Below are positions 13,666 through 26,152 of a stretch of DNA of 64,000 bases, piece by piece. Every line of letters begins with the position of its first letter. Position 1 is the stretch's first letter. Source of the DNA: Octopus sinensis. Taxonomy: Eukaryota. The notes under the pieces are model-generated. The model was not told the DNA's origin. It saw only the letters and a list, made by a program, of their open reading frames with translations, and ran no database searches. The stretch spans positions 31,992,001 to 32,056,000 of the forward strand of contig NC_043002.1 in the NCBI RefSeq assembly GCF_006345805.1. The letters are read 5' to 3'. A program made the position numbers and the translations under genes.

Positions 13666-14055
13666 CTTTTCTACTCCAGGCAAAAGGCCCGAAATTTTGG
13701 GGGAGGAGCAGTCGATTGGATTGACCTCAGTACGCAACTGGTACTTAATTTATCGAATCCGAAAGGATGAAAGGCAAAGTCGACCTCGGTGGAATTTGAA
13801 CTCAGAACGTAAAGACATACGAAATACCTATTTCTATACTACCCACAAGGGGCTAAACACAGAGAGGACAAACAAGGACAGACAAACGGATTAAGTCGAT
13901 TATATCGACTCCAGTGCGTAACTGGTACTTATTTATCGACCCCGAAAGGATGAAAGGCAAAGTCGACTTGGGCGGAACTTGAACTCAGAACGTAGCGGCA
14001 GACGAAATACCGCTAAGCATTTCGCCCGGCGCGCTAACGATTCTGCCAGCTCGCC
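13666..14055 (-). mobile_element. SINE family B dimer (full head, body and B1 tail, then body and B2 tail)
   Basis: Head ggcgagctggcagaatcgttagc, B-box-like gagttcaagttcc and core gtcgactttgcctttcatcctttcggggtcgataa (resembles the Meta/MESC domain). The units join at ggtatttcg (13820-13828). Confidence 0.9.
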
Positions 14056-14621
14056 GCGTTATTTTCATAGGAATATTGTTAGAGTTAAGAAGGCCTTGTT
14101 GCTACCCATAGGTCTCGAGTTTCAATGCTAGTCTATATATGCTGTTGTTGTGCGTGAAGGGGCATCAATGCAGTACTTTGACTTACGATACCTCTATTCG
14201 AGTCAAATGCAAGTGACCCTCACCTTTTCTGGCCACCTTTAAGTAATGTTGGAGCAAGGAAATAGATTGGACTGTGAGAAAAACACACAACATACATGTA
14301 TTTCCTCGAAGTGAGGAAAGCATAATGTCAGCAGCACTGAATCTGAGGTTATCTCCAGTCAAGTGAAAGATTATTGATTTGGAGCTAACAAAGAATGTCT
14401 CAATCTGCTAGAAGTAGCAGTAGAATCATCCTCAAATCACACTATCTACTTATAAATAGGAACTACGCAATGTATATTAAGTAATTTAATCCAAGTTTAA
14501 TTATGTCTGGATGGTCACGACGTGATCAACTTTTATTATAGCTGAGTGGATGAAACCTGACATAGGTTTAAACAGCACTACAATCATTCATGGTCAAATT
14601 GAATCAACGAGCGAGCATCTA

Positions 14622-15909
14622 CAGAGGCTGGACAAAATAATGGAAACACCTTAAAATTCCAAACAAATTTATTTTCATATGGGGTAGGACCGCCTTTGGC
14701 ACAAATTTACACCTTGAATTCTACGAGGTATGGACTCGTACAAAGTTTGAATTCTTTCCAAAGGAATTTTGTCCCTTCTTGAGCTAAAACAGTCTCCAGT
14801 TCTTGAAGTGATGATGGTGGAGGATATCAACTCTTTACTTGTTTTTCTAAAATGCACTATAAATGTTCAATACTATTGAGATCTGGGGACTGCGGTGGCT
14901 AGATAAGATGTTCAACTTCACTAGAATGTTCCTCGTGCCATTCAGTAACCACTTTGGCCGTATGAGTTGGTGCATTAAAATCCTGAAAGGTTGCGTTTCA
15001 CTCCGGAAACAGTTCCACAAGGATAGGATGAATTTGATCAGATAAAATGATTAAATTGTCTTGACTATTAATTCTGCCATGAAGAGAAACATTTGGGCCG
15101 GCGGATTTCCAAATTATATACCCCACCACCACCACCACCACCACCAGATCATCAAAGATCCTCCTCCATGTTTAACAGCTGGAAGAAGGCAGTCTTGGTC
15201 AAATGTTTATTTTGGCTGTCTCCATACGTATACTCGGCCGGTGGTCGGAAATAAGGTAAATGATGACTCGTCCGAGAAAATAACATTCTTCCACTGCTCT
15301 AGGGACCAATTCTGTAGGTTTTTACTCCACTCTAAACGTTTTGCTACGTTTGTTTTTGAAAGTAGTGGTTTTCTGATTGCAGCCCTCCCGTGAAATCCGG
15401 CTTTGTGCAGCTCCCCGCGAACAGATTTTGGTGGAAACTGGGACCCCGAGGTGGTCATTAAGGTCTGCAGTAATTTTGAGATCTTTTGAGATCTTTTCTA
15501 ACTATTCGCGTAAGAGTCCGACGGTCCCTATCTGAAAGCTTTGGTTTTCTTCCAGAGTTTTGTTTCGACCAGGAGGTTTTTCCCTCTTTCTCAAAGGCTG
15601 TAATTACTTTCGGGACAGTACTACTAGATACACCAAACATTTCGGCTGTCTTCGCTACGCTAGCACCTGCCATTCGAGCACTAACAATTTGATCTCTTTG
15701 AAAGTCCGATAGATCTGTTATTTTAATAAATTTTAATTACCTTTTTCTTATTATATTTGAAAAGAAACATAAGTGTTAGCAAAACATATTAAGCAACACT
15801 AATAATAAAAAAAAAACATAAAAATTAACAAGCTTTTGACGGTTTTATAGATAATACAAAATTATGATGCTATGAAGCTAGGTGTTTCCATTATTTTGTC
15901 CAACCCTTG
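14622..15909 (-). mobile_element. full-length decayed Tc1 transposon (DD34E type)
   Basis: 30-bp TIRs at 14622-14651 and 15880-15909 with TA on both sides. The transposase has an HTH region (MAGASVAKTAEMFGVS), FSDES, VKHGGGS, QDFNAP and QSPDLNSIEH, with several stops and frameshifts. Confidence 0.95.
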
Positions 15910-16374
15910 TATGTGGTTACTTGAGCTGTTAGAAATGACGGCCATTACTCCTTTACATCACATCCTGATTAATAGATACGACCACATGGGATCCTAGAGG
16001 TCACTGACAACATCTTCACCATCACTCTGAAAGTATATCAGTTGCTACCAAAACATTAGATTCAACAGCAACAGACACAATTATACACCCACAGCAATTA
16101 TCCCCTCCACAGCAGCACTTTCTCTACTAATTTCTTCATAGTCATCTGTAGGCCCACCAACGCCTTAGTCACCATCACCACCACTACAACCCTGCCAATT
16201 ACACTATCCCAGCTATTTCCACCCACAAACATCATGTAATGAAACAAATGATTTATTGATAAAGATACGTGGGTTCCTCAGATTCTGTGTTTATAAAGAA
16301 AACTTTTTGCAATGCAGCTGGCGACGTAAAGATGCGGAGTGGCAGCAGTAGTAGTAGTAGTAGTAGTAGTAGTA

Positions 16375-16790
16375 ATCGACTTAATCCGGTTTGTCTGTCC
16401 TTATTTGTCCTCTCTGTGTTTAGCCCCTTGTGGGTAGTAAAGAAATAGGTATTTCGTCTGCCGTTACGATCTGAGTTCAAATTCCACCGAGGTCGACTTT
16501 GCTTTTCATCCTTTCGGGGTCAATTAAATAAGTACCAGTTACGTACTTGGGTCGATATAATCGACTTAATCTGTCTGACTGTCCTTGTTTGTCCTCTCTG
16601 TGTTTAGCCCCTTGTGGGTAGTAAAGAAATAGAAATAGGTATTTCCTCTGTCTACGTTCTGAGTTCAAACTCCGCCGAGGCTGACTTTGCCTTTCGGAGA
16701 AGATAAATTAAGTACCAGTTGCGTACTGCGGTCGATCTAATCGAATGGCCCCCTCACCAGAAACTTCGAGCCTTGTTCCTACAAAAGAAT
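16375..16790 (+). mobile_element. SINE family B multimer (B1 tail, body plus B1 tail, body plus B2 tail), 5'-truncated
   Basis: Two junctions of type aaataggtatttc at 16448 and 16638. The units match 13666-14055. Confidence 0.9.
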
Positions 16791-16984
16791 ACTTATCATG
16801 GCTCATCCGTTCACTACTTTCTTTTATTTTCGCTCTAAGTAACATAAAAAGTACTTAAGTAGTGGTGTTTTCTATAACAATTTTACCCATTCCCAGATTT
16901 TTTCAGCCAATGACAGGGAAATTATAATAATAATAATCATCATCATCTTCATTATTATTGGGAGAATCATTATTGTCTCTCTTT

Positions 16985-17135
16985 ACGTTCTGGCTTCAAA
17001 TTCCGCCGAGATCGACTTTGCCTTTCATCCTTACAGGGTGGATAAATTAAGTACAAGTTGCGTACTGGGGGTCGATCTAATCGAGTGGACCCCTCCTGCA
17101 AAATTTCGGGCCTTGTGCCTAGAGAAGAAAAGAAT
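16985..17135 (+). mobile_element. SINE family B (B2 tail), 5'-truncated
   Basis: tcgactttgcctttcatcc...gggggtcgatctaatcga...aaaatttcgggccttgtgcctagagaagaaaag. Confidence 0.85.
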
Positions 17136-18489
17136 GTTTGTAAACAACGTTTTACATCACCGGTAATTTTCTTTTATGTAAATAAATCTTCTTTAGCTAT
17201 AATTTTTAGCACGAAAGGTATTCGGTAATTTTCTCACCTGTAAATAAATGTTTATGTTAATTTAAAAGAGAAAACCATAAATATGTCTGTGGCTTACGAT
17301 TGACTAAATTTACCAAAATTTTCAAGCCTTAATTACTAATAAGTCTTTATTTATTGTTTTATAGCGAAAATTACTTTCACTTGATTAATTAGCCTATAAA
17401 AGTGTATCATTACACTGAATATGAAATCAATTCGAACTGAAAATTGAGCAGGCAACCAAACATGAAAGATCCCCAAAAGATAGTCAGGAAGAGAACTAAA
17501 AAATTTCGCTGTTTACTATTATATTATTATTAGTAAATTATAAATCTGTAGCATGCAGGACCCGTGCAAGATTCACGGAAGATATAAAAAATGCAAGCAT
17601 TTTCAGGATGTTGACGACAAAATGTTCAGTCACGCACAAAATCACTGCTTCCAAATACTGTTTCCTGACTGGGTGAAAATGATCGAACGTTAAACCTTTA
17701 TAACTTTTTGAAAACATTTTTCTGGAAAAAATGAAATGTCTCCAGCAATTCAGTTTGGGCAAGTGAATTATTGTGCCAACGTCAGAGTAACCAGTGAACA
17801 TCGAATGATCAACACCAAGAAGGAAGAAATATTATTTACATATATTTATTCGTTTGCCCGACAGGTAATTAGAGACAGTAGTACTTGTAGTGATAGCGAA
17901 ATTTGTTTTATAGTGACAAAAAGGTTGCTGCCTGCCAGTAGAGAGGGAGTGATTAAGGAATGCACGGTGCTGATTAGACTCGTTGGCCGGAGGCACTTAA
18001 CTTGTCTACAACTAGAGGGAGGAAAACGTTTGGTCAGTGATGGTTGTAAACAAAGAATCCCGAAATGAACTTCTACTGTTTTATAATAAATCGGTTCCAG
18101 CTGCATCTAAAGATTGCTCAGTGTATAGTCGATTACTTTTCCTGTGTCGGTAATCGGGAATTCCATGTTCCTAAAACGAATTTCCACTGATGAGGCCACC
18201 AACAAAATATTTTTTTTTAGTTTAAGAAGTTTCCCGAGACAAGCTATTTTTTTAATAATTCTTGCACTTGCGGCCAAGCAAAGTTTATATCGTTTGATGC
18301 TGTTGAACTACAGCCCCTGTTTTTCTAAGAACTTCCGTTTAATTATTATGTATAATATACTTCCTCTTTTAAACACCACATGTAGCTGGCCTAGGATGTA
18401 GGTTTGCGCTTCTCTGGTATCCAAAAAGAGGGTTTGTGATTGCTATATCATTGCTTAAAAAGGACCCTCTGTAGCCTCAAAATATTTCC

Positions 18490-19010
18490 GTGTCTGTGTC
18501 CTTATAATGGTGGTGTTGCAGCTGTTGTTGCTGTCATTATCGCAGCCGTTGCTGTTGCTATTGACCAGTGCATTGCAGGAGCAACTGCTTTTATTGTTGC
18601 TGCAGGCATCGCTGCCGTTGTTGCTGTTTTTGCTGGACGGGATTCTAGTGCCGCAGTTGTTGCTGTTTTTGCGGCAACAGTTGCCGCTGTTGATACTACG
18701 GTCAGACGCACTGTTGGTGATGCTGTTGTTATTGTAGCTCCACTTTTGCAACCGTAACAGTCACTACTTCCTAATGCGCTGCTGGTGGTGTTACAGCGCC
18801 TTCGCCACTACAGCCACCGCCCCTATCGCCGCATCTGCTACGACTGTTGTCGCTGTTGCTGTTACTGGCGGAAGTGTTTTTGGTTCCGTTGCTGTTGTTG
18901 TTGGTTACGTTGCTGTTGCTACTGTTTTCGTTGTGTTACTGTTGGTTCTGTTGCTGCTGCCAACGCTGCTGCAGCTGCCATTCCTCCCTGGCACCACTTT
19001 AGCCTCATAG
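18490..19010. repeat. degenerate (GCT/GTT)n low-complexity tract
   Basis: Triplet periodicity gives A/V-rich, T/A-rich and N/S-rich ORFs in several frames, with stops. Confidence 0.75.
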
Positions 19011-19249
19011 ACCATGGCTTTGCAGTTGTATCGATGCCCCATTGAGCACTCATTTTTAACCCAACATCATTATCTTGCCTCTGCGCGTGGTCTAGGGCTC
19101 TTCACTAATATTTTCTTAACGCTTGTTGCATAGCTGAAAGAGACCCTGTTGTGTCTGTTAAACAATCGTACGTATACGTGGCTGTGTGAAGTGCTTGTCA
19201 ACTAACCTAAAGTATATCTTTCTACTTCTGGTTTTGACGTTGAGTGCGA

Positions 19250-20030
19250 AGGGTGCGGCCATTGCTGTTGATCTTAATCTCAGGATGCTGAATTTTACAG
19301 CATATAAAAGAAGCGAGATGAAACATTTTACTAGCTTATTTAGCCACCTTGATAATCCTGTGAAATTTGAGAGAGAAAAAGCAATGTCTGAAAAGTAAAA
19401 GAAAAAAAGATGGGTGGAGAAAAAAAGCAAAAACAGAGGAGAAATAACATTGAAGTCGTAAAACAGTGAAATGAGATTCAGGACAAACAATACAGATGAT
19501 GCAGCAGTTGAAATATCTAGAGAGAGTAATAATATAGGATCAAGGCCAGAAATCGTTGCCACAAATGAACACACTTTAAATGCATTCGCCAGATTTACTC
19601 TCATACGGATAGATTGAAGCACTGATTTGAAGAACGAGATCGGATACTTGAGTGTACAGGTACTTTGCATGTTCCTGTATGCATGCGAGGTATGGACCCT
19701 CACAGTGAAGCGAAAAAATAAATAAAGGACAGCAGCACCGGAAAGGATACGCGGGTTCAACCTTTTAGTCATTTCATATACAGACTACGTCTTACACGTG
19801 TACGTTCGCAAGAATTATCTAGCCTGACAATGACCGCCTCTATAATGATGAAGAACGTAAAACTAAAACTTTATCTTCTGCTAACACGCTTTAAGGCATT
19901 GCAGTGACCATTCTTGAAAGAACAGTGGGGAGTGACAGTAGGGGGAACAAACAGAAAACGGGAGGCAAAAGCTGCCCAACCTGACGAATGGAGAAGAAAA
20001 TCTGAACTGAACCCTAACACAACGGCCTCT
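19250..20030 (+). mobile_element. highly degenerate RTE-type LINE 3' fragment
   Basis: Pieces such as QLKYLE, GSRPEI and FLYACEVWTL resemble the RTE post-RT region (FKYLG, LLYGCETWTL). Confidence 0.5.
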
Positions 20031-20313
20031 GTAGTCTGTCATTAAAGTGCTTCTAGAACTCCAACATAATTGGGAAGCTCAAGTAGGTAAGAAAAACATT
20101 CATGGCACTAAGAACATTGTTTGCAACTCGAACGCTGAGTTCTGCTTAAAAACGCTGTATTTACTGAACGTGAGTTGAAATCGAAATAAATTTGCTATAT
20201 ATATTTCTTTCATGGGATTGTTTGAAGCCGAGTGCAAAAATGTAGTTTAGAAATGTAAGTGTAGCTTTAAAAAGAAAACAAAACTCAGCATTAAAAGTTA
20301 CTCCACCAACATT

Positions 20314-20328
20314 CATATATATATATAC

Positions 20329-20381
<53 letters not shown>

Positions 20382-20720
20382 CATATATGTATATAAACAT
20401 GTATATATGTATATATATATATGTATATATGTATATATATGTATATATGTATGTATATATATATGTATGTGTGTGTGAGTGCGTGTGTGTGTGAATAACC
20501 TTATGCTCTGTAGTACAGTTTATCAACTGTGTGGATATATATGCATACATACATGTATATATTTATATATATATATATATACACATATATATACGTACAT
20601 ATGTGAATGAATGTTTTTATAATTGTGTATGCATGTATGTATGTATGTATGTATGTATGTATGTATGTATGTATGTATGTATGTATGTATGTATGTATGT
20701 ATGCATGTATGTATGAATGC
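20314..20720. repeat. (TA)n and (TATG)n microsatellites
   Basis: Directly visible. This is representative of many similar arrays, e.g. 880-1038, 3832-3930, 23820-23940, 37770-38205, 44420-44975, 49440-49790 and 56205-57360. Confidence 0.95.
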
Positions 20721-21469
20721 ATATATGATGCCCCAATCATCCAATAGCTATAAGATCACAATAGCAAGTGCAAAATATCATCGTACAACAAGAACTAAAT
20801 AACAACAATATGAAGAAAACTACAGCGATAAGAACAACAGTACCCACCACCATAACAAGAGAATAAAAAAGTACTCCATAGCTACATAATTCTTGGAGAA
20901 ATGGTGCTTGAAAAATGCATGTTTGAGTTTTGATAAGACCATTGATTATGTTAAGAGAGCAGCTGCAGGTTGTAACGAGTTTCACTACATCATAAAATGG
21001 AGTAGGGTTATAGCATTTGATATAAAATAGCGATAACACATGTTCTATATGAATTGCTGTTATATTCCTTTTGGTATTAGTGTTAGTGTTGGTATTTTCC
21101 CTATTATTGGTGTTCTTGTAGTTGCAGTCGTTGTTGTAGCTGTTGTTATGTTCTTGTGATTGACTGATAGTGTTGTTTTTTGTTGTTGTACTTGTATTTG
21201 TTTGTATTATTCTATTATGTGCTTTTTAAAAATTTATTCTTGTGTTAAACTTGATGTTGTTATCGCTAGGGCTATTCTAACTATAGTTGTTGTTGTTTTG
21301 TTATTGTTGTTGTTGTTGCTGTTGCTATTGCCGTTCCTGTTGCAAGTCTTGTACATAATTTTGTTACATCATTCATGAATATTATTTCATATAACGCAGA
21401 GTTATTAACATGTTATAGGAAATGTTATGAATCTATAGTATAGCTGCTGTTGCAGTATACGGTGTTGGA

Positions 21470-21471
21470 TG

Positions 21472-21523
<52 letters not shown>

Positions 21524-21660
21524 GGTTTGTGCGGCGGCGGCGGCGGCGGCAATGGTGGTGGCGGTGGCGGCGGCGGCGGCAATGGTGGTGGCGGCGGTGG
21601 TGGTGGTTTTTGACGATGACGATGATGATGATGAAGATGGAGATGTATATGATCTTGATG
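21470..21660. repeat. (GAT)n/(GGT)n/(GCG)n compound microsatellite
   Basis: Directly visible. Confidence 0.9.
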
Positions 21661-22269
21661 ATGCTGATAATGTTGAGGAGGATTTAGAGCGCCATTTACA
21701 TAGCCTTTCGGAATTCTCTATTTAAAAATATAGCTGTAATAAATACATCTTGATGTTACAACCTTTGTAATTATGAAAAAAAAAAAATAATGGTATGAAT
21801 ATAACTGGCTAAGAAGCAGATTAGTAGAATAGACAGCAGGACATACAATAATCGTACGGTATTTAGTTTTCTTTGACTTCCATCGTTCCTGGGGTAATAC
21901 ATTAAACTAACTACCGGTCGATGACCTATTAAGTTCTCTTTATTTATTTAAGTTCTAATATTCCTATATGCATCATATAAACCGTAAATGAAATTACTAT
22001 AGAAGACTAAAACTTGATTTCCTTTTCACTCTTCACATTTATTATAGGATTGTACTTTTCAGCAACCTTTTAATTTGGTGAAATATACTGTGACGCCTAT
22101 TGGCGACAGGAACAAACTTCATCTATGCTAAGTCGAGACAGACAAGAAGAAACTACAAAATCATTAAATCAAGAAGAAAACCAAGTCTAATCTTCTTTGG
22201 GGTATATCTTGTCTTCAAAAAATGAAGGACATATAAGTTAATATAGTCTTAAAGACGTTATGCCTGAAA

Positions 22270-22779
22270 AACAAATATGATATGTCTAAAAAAGTATGGA
22301 GCGCAAGTGTACTTTCAATAAAGAACAAATTAAGAAGTTTTAACACTAACGTAAAAGCGGTGTTATTGTATGGGGCTGAGACATGGCAAACAACAGTTAA
22401 GTCAAATAAGCAAATACAATCATTCATCAACAGATGCTTGCGTAGTATACTTAAAATTAGATGACCCGAACACATAAGCAATATGGAGTTATGGCAAAGA
22501 ACAAATCATGTTTCGATTAGGGAGCAAATATTTAAGAAAAAGTGGAAGTGGATTGGTAGCACAATTAGAAAAGACACACCAAATGTAGCGAAAATGCTTT
22601 ACAGTGGAATCCGGATGGATATAGAAAGAAAGGTAGGCCTAAGACCTACCTGCCTAAGATCAACACAAAAGGAACTAGAGAAAGGGGGACATTCATGGCA
22701 GAGTATAAGTACAGAAGCGAAAAATTATGTGACATGGAATTCAATTATAAGTGGCCTGTACTCCGCGTTGGAGGGTTAA
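22270..22779 (+). mobile_element. RTE LINE 3' fragment
   Basis: FNTNVKAVLLYGAETW...FINRCLRSILKIR*PEHISNMELWQRT...KKKWKWIG...GRPK is a typical RTE ORF2 C-terminus. Confidence 0.88.
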
Positions 22780-24522
22780 AGGCAGTTTTTAAAATTATTT
22801 TTTAAAGATATAATACACAAATCTACTGAATTATTTTTAACATCGTGTAATTAACAGCAGCAACATTTAAAAAACATATTATAATAGATATAAATCACTG
22901 AATGCGACACTCCAGCATTTTCTCTGTTGCCTAAAATAAAGGAACTTCAAATAAGTAAACTGGACTTTAAAAAATTTAGTTTACTCTTATTTTTTTTTTG
23001 AGCCTTAGAATTGGAACGAATTATCGTCAACTATTTGGCGACGCTAACACGGAATGTGTGGCTAACATTAATTTGCCGTGACGAAAGCTAGTATATATTA
23101 TCGAATGCGTAATTCAACATTTAACTAGACTTAGGAATATAGTTCAACACCTACGTTCGTAGCTAAAGTTTCATCTGATCCCAAATGTGTGAGGGGAATA
23201 TCAAGGTTTTAATAGCACCCTCCTATATCCAGCACAAATATTTTGACATCCATCGATGAAAGATCAGGGAGATAAGCTTTCGTCTTATCTTCCTTCCTCA
23301 ATATATGTAACGTTGGCCTGCCACATCTAAGTGTCTAATTGTGCATAGTGAAATCTAATCAAGATGGTGGGAAGGTTACACGTTCCACCACACACACACA
23401 CACACACACATACAAATACTTAGAGAGACCCATACACAGGCTTACACATAAAATGCGTGTGTAGGTGTGTATTTGTGTTTACATTAGTGTAACTAAACAC
23501 ACGCTGAGTAATAATATTGTTTTTGTTTGCGTGTAAGCCTTGTAAGGAAAGTGTAGGGGTTTGTTGTGTATCCATTAATATTACTTAGAGTGTTTTCGTA
23601 AACATTGTTTGATATGCATGCGTGTATGTAAGTGTATATAAGATATATATATACACGCACAAACCCGCATACACACATATCAACAAAATACATTCATGCA
23701 TACATACAAAAATTCAAACATTCAAACAACTATACACGCATATAAACCTACATATACATACATATGTATGTATGTGTATCTACGTACGTAAGTGCGTACG
23801 TTCGTCTCAGTGGCTGCATACTTATATGTATGTATGCATGTATGTATGTATGTATGTATGTATGTATGTATGTATGTATGTATGTATATATGTATGTATG
23901 TATGAATGTATGTAAGCATGCATGTATGTATGTATGTGTGTATTTACTTTTGGTTGCATAGATATACTTTTACGCAGAAACAGGAATAAATTTATGTATC
24001 TCTAATCTGGTAAAAGTGTATATTGATATTTATCAGGCATTCCGATTACTATGTTGTGTGAAGATATAATATATGTATAAACACATTAATGAAATATAAC
24101 AAACTATGTATTCTATAAAGAGAAATTCAAACACTGATATTTACTGGAAATATCTTTAAAGTGATTTATCACATAGATACTTATCAAGTGATAACTTACT
24201 GGATATTGATATCACAAAACCAACCATTAAGCTTTTTGAATTTTTTTTTTTATCTGCTGATTATAGATTGTTAATTTTTATGTCTTATGTATGTTTATCA
24301 ATATGTTAAGGAAGAATTCCTGAAGAAAGTGTGGAACAGGAATGAAGGAGATCTAATAGCCTATCGATTTCCCAAAACACGTACTGAAATATGCATTTGT
24401 GTGTGTGTTACATACATACATACAATCACATACACACACGCATACATACATACATACATACATACATACATACATACATACATACATACATACATACATA
24501 CATGCATACATACATACATACA

Positions 24523-25045
24523 TAGTGAAATCCGTCGGAAGGATAAACCCGGGGTCAAAGAAATAAGAACCCACAGTATGTTAGTGTTCATAATAAAAAG
24601 GAGTACTGGTAGAATGTTCTACTGAAGGCCTCGATAAAATGTAAGTACAACAGATCTGATATAATGATTTGGGATAGAGAAGAGAAACTGTGGACATTTG
24701 TGGTAATTAGCCGCCCAGCGAATTTTAATATAAAGCTGAAGATCAGTAGAAAAGAGAATACCTACCCTGAACTTTTGAGAAATCTGCAGTTACTCTATCC
24801 AGATTACAAGTTCAGGTTTATACCTATAATAATTGAGGCCCTAGGATGTGACCCATTGCTTAAAAACCAATCTTGAGAAATTAGACTTCTCAAAACCAGA
24901 AAGGAGAAAGCTAATTCGATGACTACAGATTTAATCCATCACTGGAACTCTAAAAATCTGGAAATCTTTCCAGAATTTTATCATTTAAATATATATGAGC
25001 ATATCTACCTATGCAACTATATGCATGAGAATACATACATAAAAT
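24523..25045 (+). mobile_element. R4/Dong-type (restriction-like endonuclease) LINE 3' fragment
   Basis: NRSDIMIWDREEK...ENTYPELLRNLQLLYPDYKFRFIPIIIEALG fits an RLE PD-(D/E)xK domain. It is flanked by (CATA)n on both sides. Confidence 0.8.
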
Positions 25046-25359
25046 GAAATATACAAATCTTTACACATACATACATATACACATATACACATATACATAC
25101 ATACATACGTTCATACATACATACATTCATAATACATACAAACAAACAAAAATAATCTGTTGTTAATGTTGAAATTCCAAGGAAATTGCTTTGGATCTAG
25201 GTTAGAAAACGGCTCCTTCTCTATTGGCAAGAAATCTTGAAATAAAACTGAATAATGATATACATACATACATACATACATATATACATACATACACACA
25301 TACATACACACATAGATTTATCTATCTGCCTACCTCCTAGTCAATCTATCGCAAAATGG

Positions 25360-25530
25360 TTAGCGATTATTCATTTGTCTTTATGTTCTGAGTTCAAATT
25401 CCTCCGTGGTCGACTTTGCATTTTATCCTCGCGGTCGGTAAAATAAGTATCATTTGAGTACTGGTGTCGGAAGAATCGATTCATTCTCTCCTCCGAACTT
25501 GTTGCCCTTGTGCAAAAATTTGAAATTCAT
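25360..25530 (+). mobile_element. degenerate SINE family B
   Basis: gttctgagttcaaattcc...gtcgactttgcattttatcc...aaaataagta. Confidence 0.75.
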
Positions 25531-26152
25531 ATTACCTTACGTCATATAACTACAGTTTATCGGAAGAAGTTTTAATATCAGAGATTAAAAGAAATGTTTG
25601 GAAATGCAATCATCACAGGTGGATTCGTTTGATTTAATTCAAATAAACAATGTCCCCTTGTGTCTCACAGTATATTCGGCATGCTTTATTTCATATGAGC
25701 ACAAGTTAATAGTTTTCGCAACGAAAGGATGTTAATTCAAACTAATATTGCACCTTGAGACATACAATACAAGCTAAAAGTATAAACAATTTATATCACT
25801 GCATCGCATGACCGAGCTGCTGTAATCTGTATAGCGTATAGACATCATTGGTGAAAATGGAGAAAGAAAGAAAGATGAGCAACTACCTGAAAAATGGATG
25901 AGCCAGAAGAATTATAAAGTGCACCTGTATAGATAATTCCTGTCAGTCTGCTTGCTTGAGAAGCAGTGAATCATGAAGGAATGGCCTACCGGAACATTAT
26001 TTCAACTCAAATTTCCAAAAATGCCATTGTTTAGAAAGATATGTAATGGGAAAGTACATATCATATGATTTTGATTTTCATTTTTCCAGTTTCAGCTAAT
26101 GAGCTGTGGCCATGCTGGGGCACCGCCATTTGGTTTGCTACACGGTTTTACC

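Noticed and set aside
18440-19045. Overlapping Ala/Val/Thr-rich ORFs resembling mucin or antifreeze proteins
   Set aside because: Degenerate GCT/GTT repeat with stops in every frame over the full span.
19158-19772. 204-aa minus-strand ORF
   Set aside because: It is antisense to a degenerate RTE fragment and has no recognisable domain.
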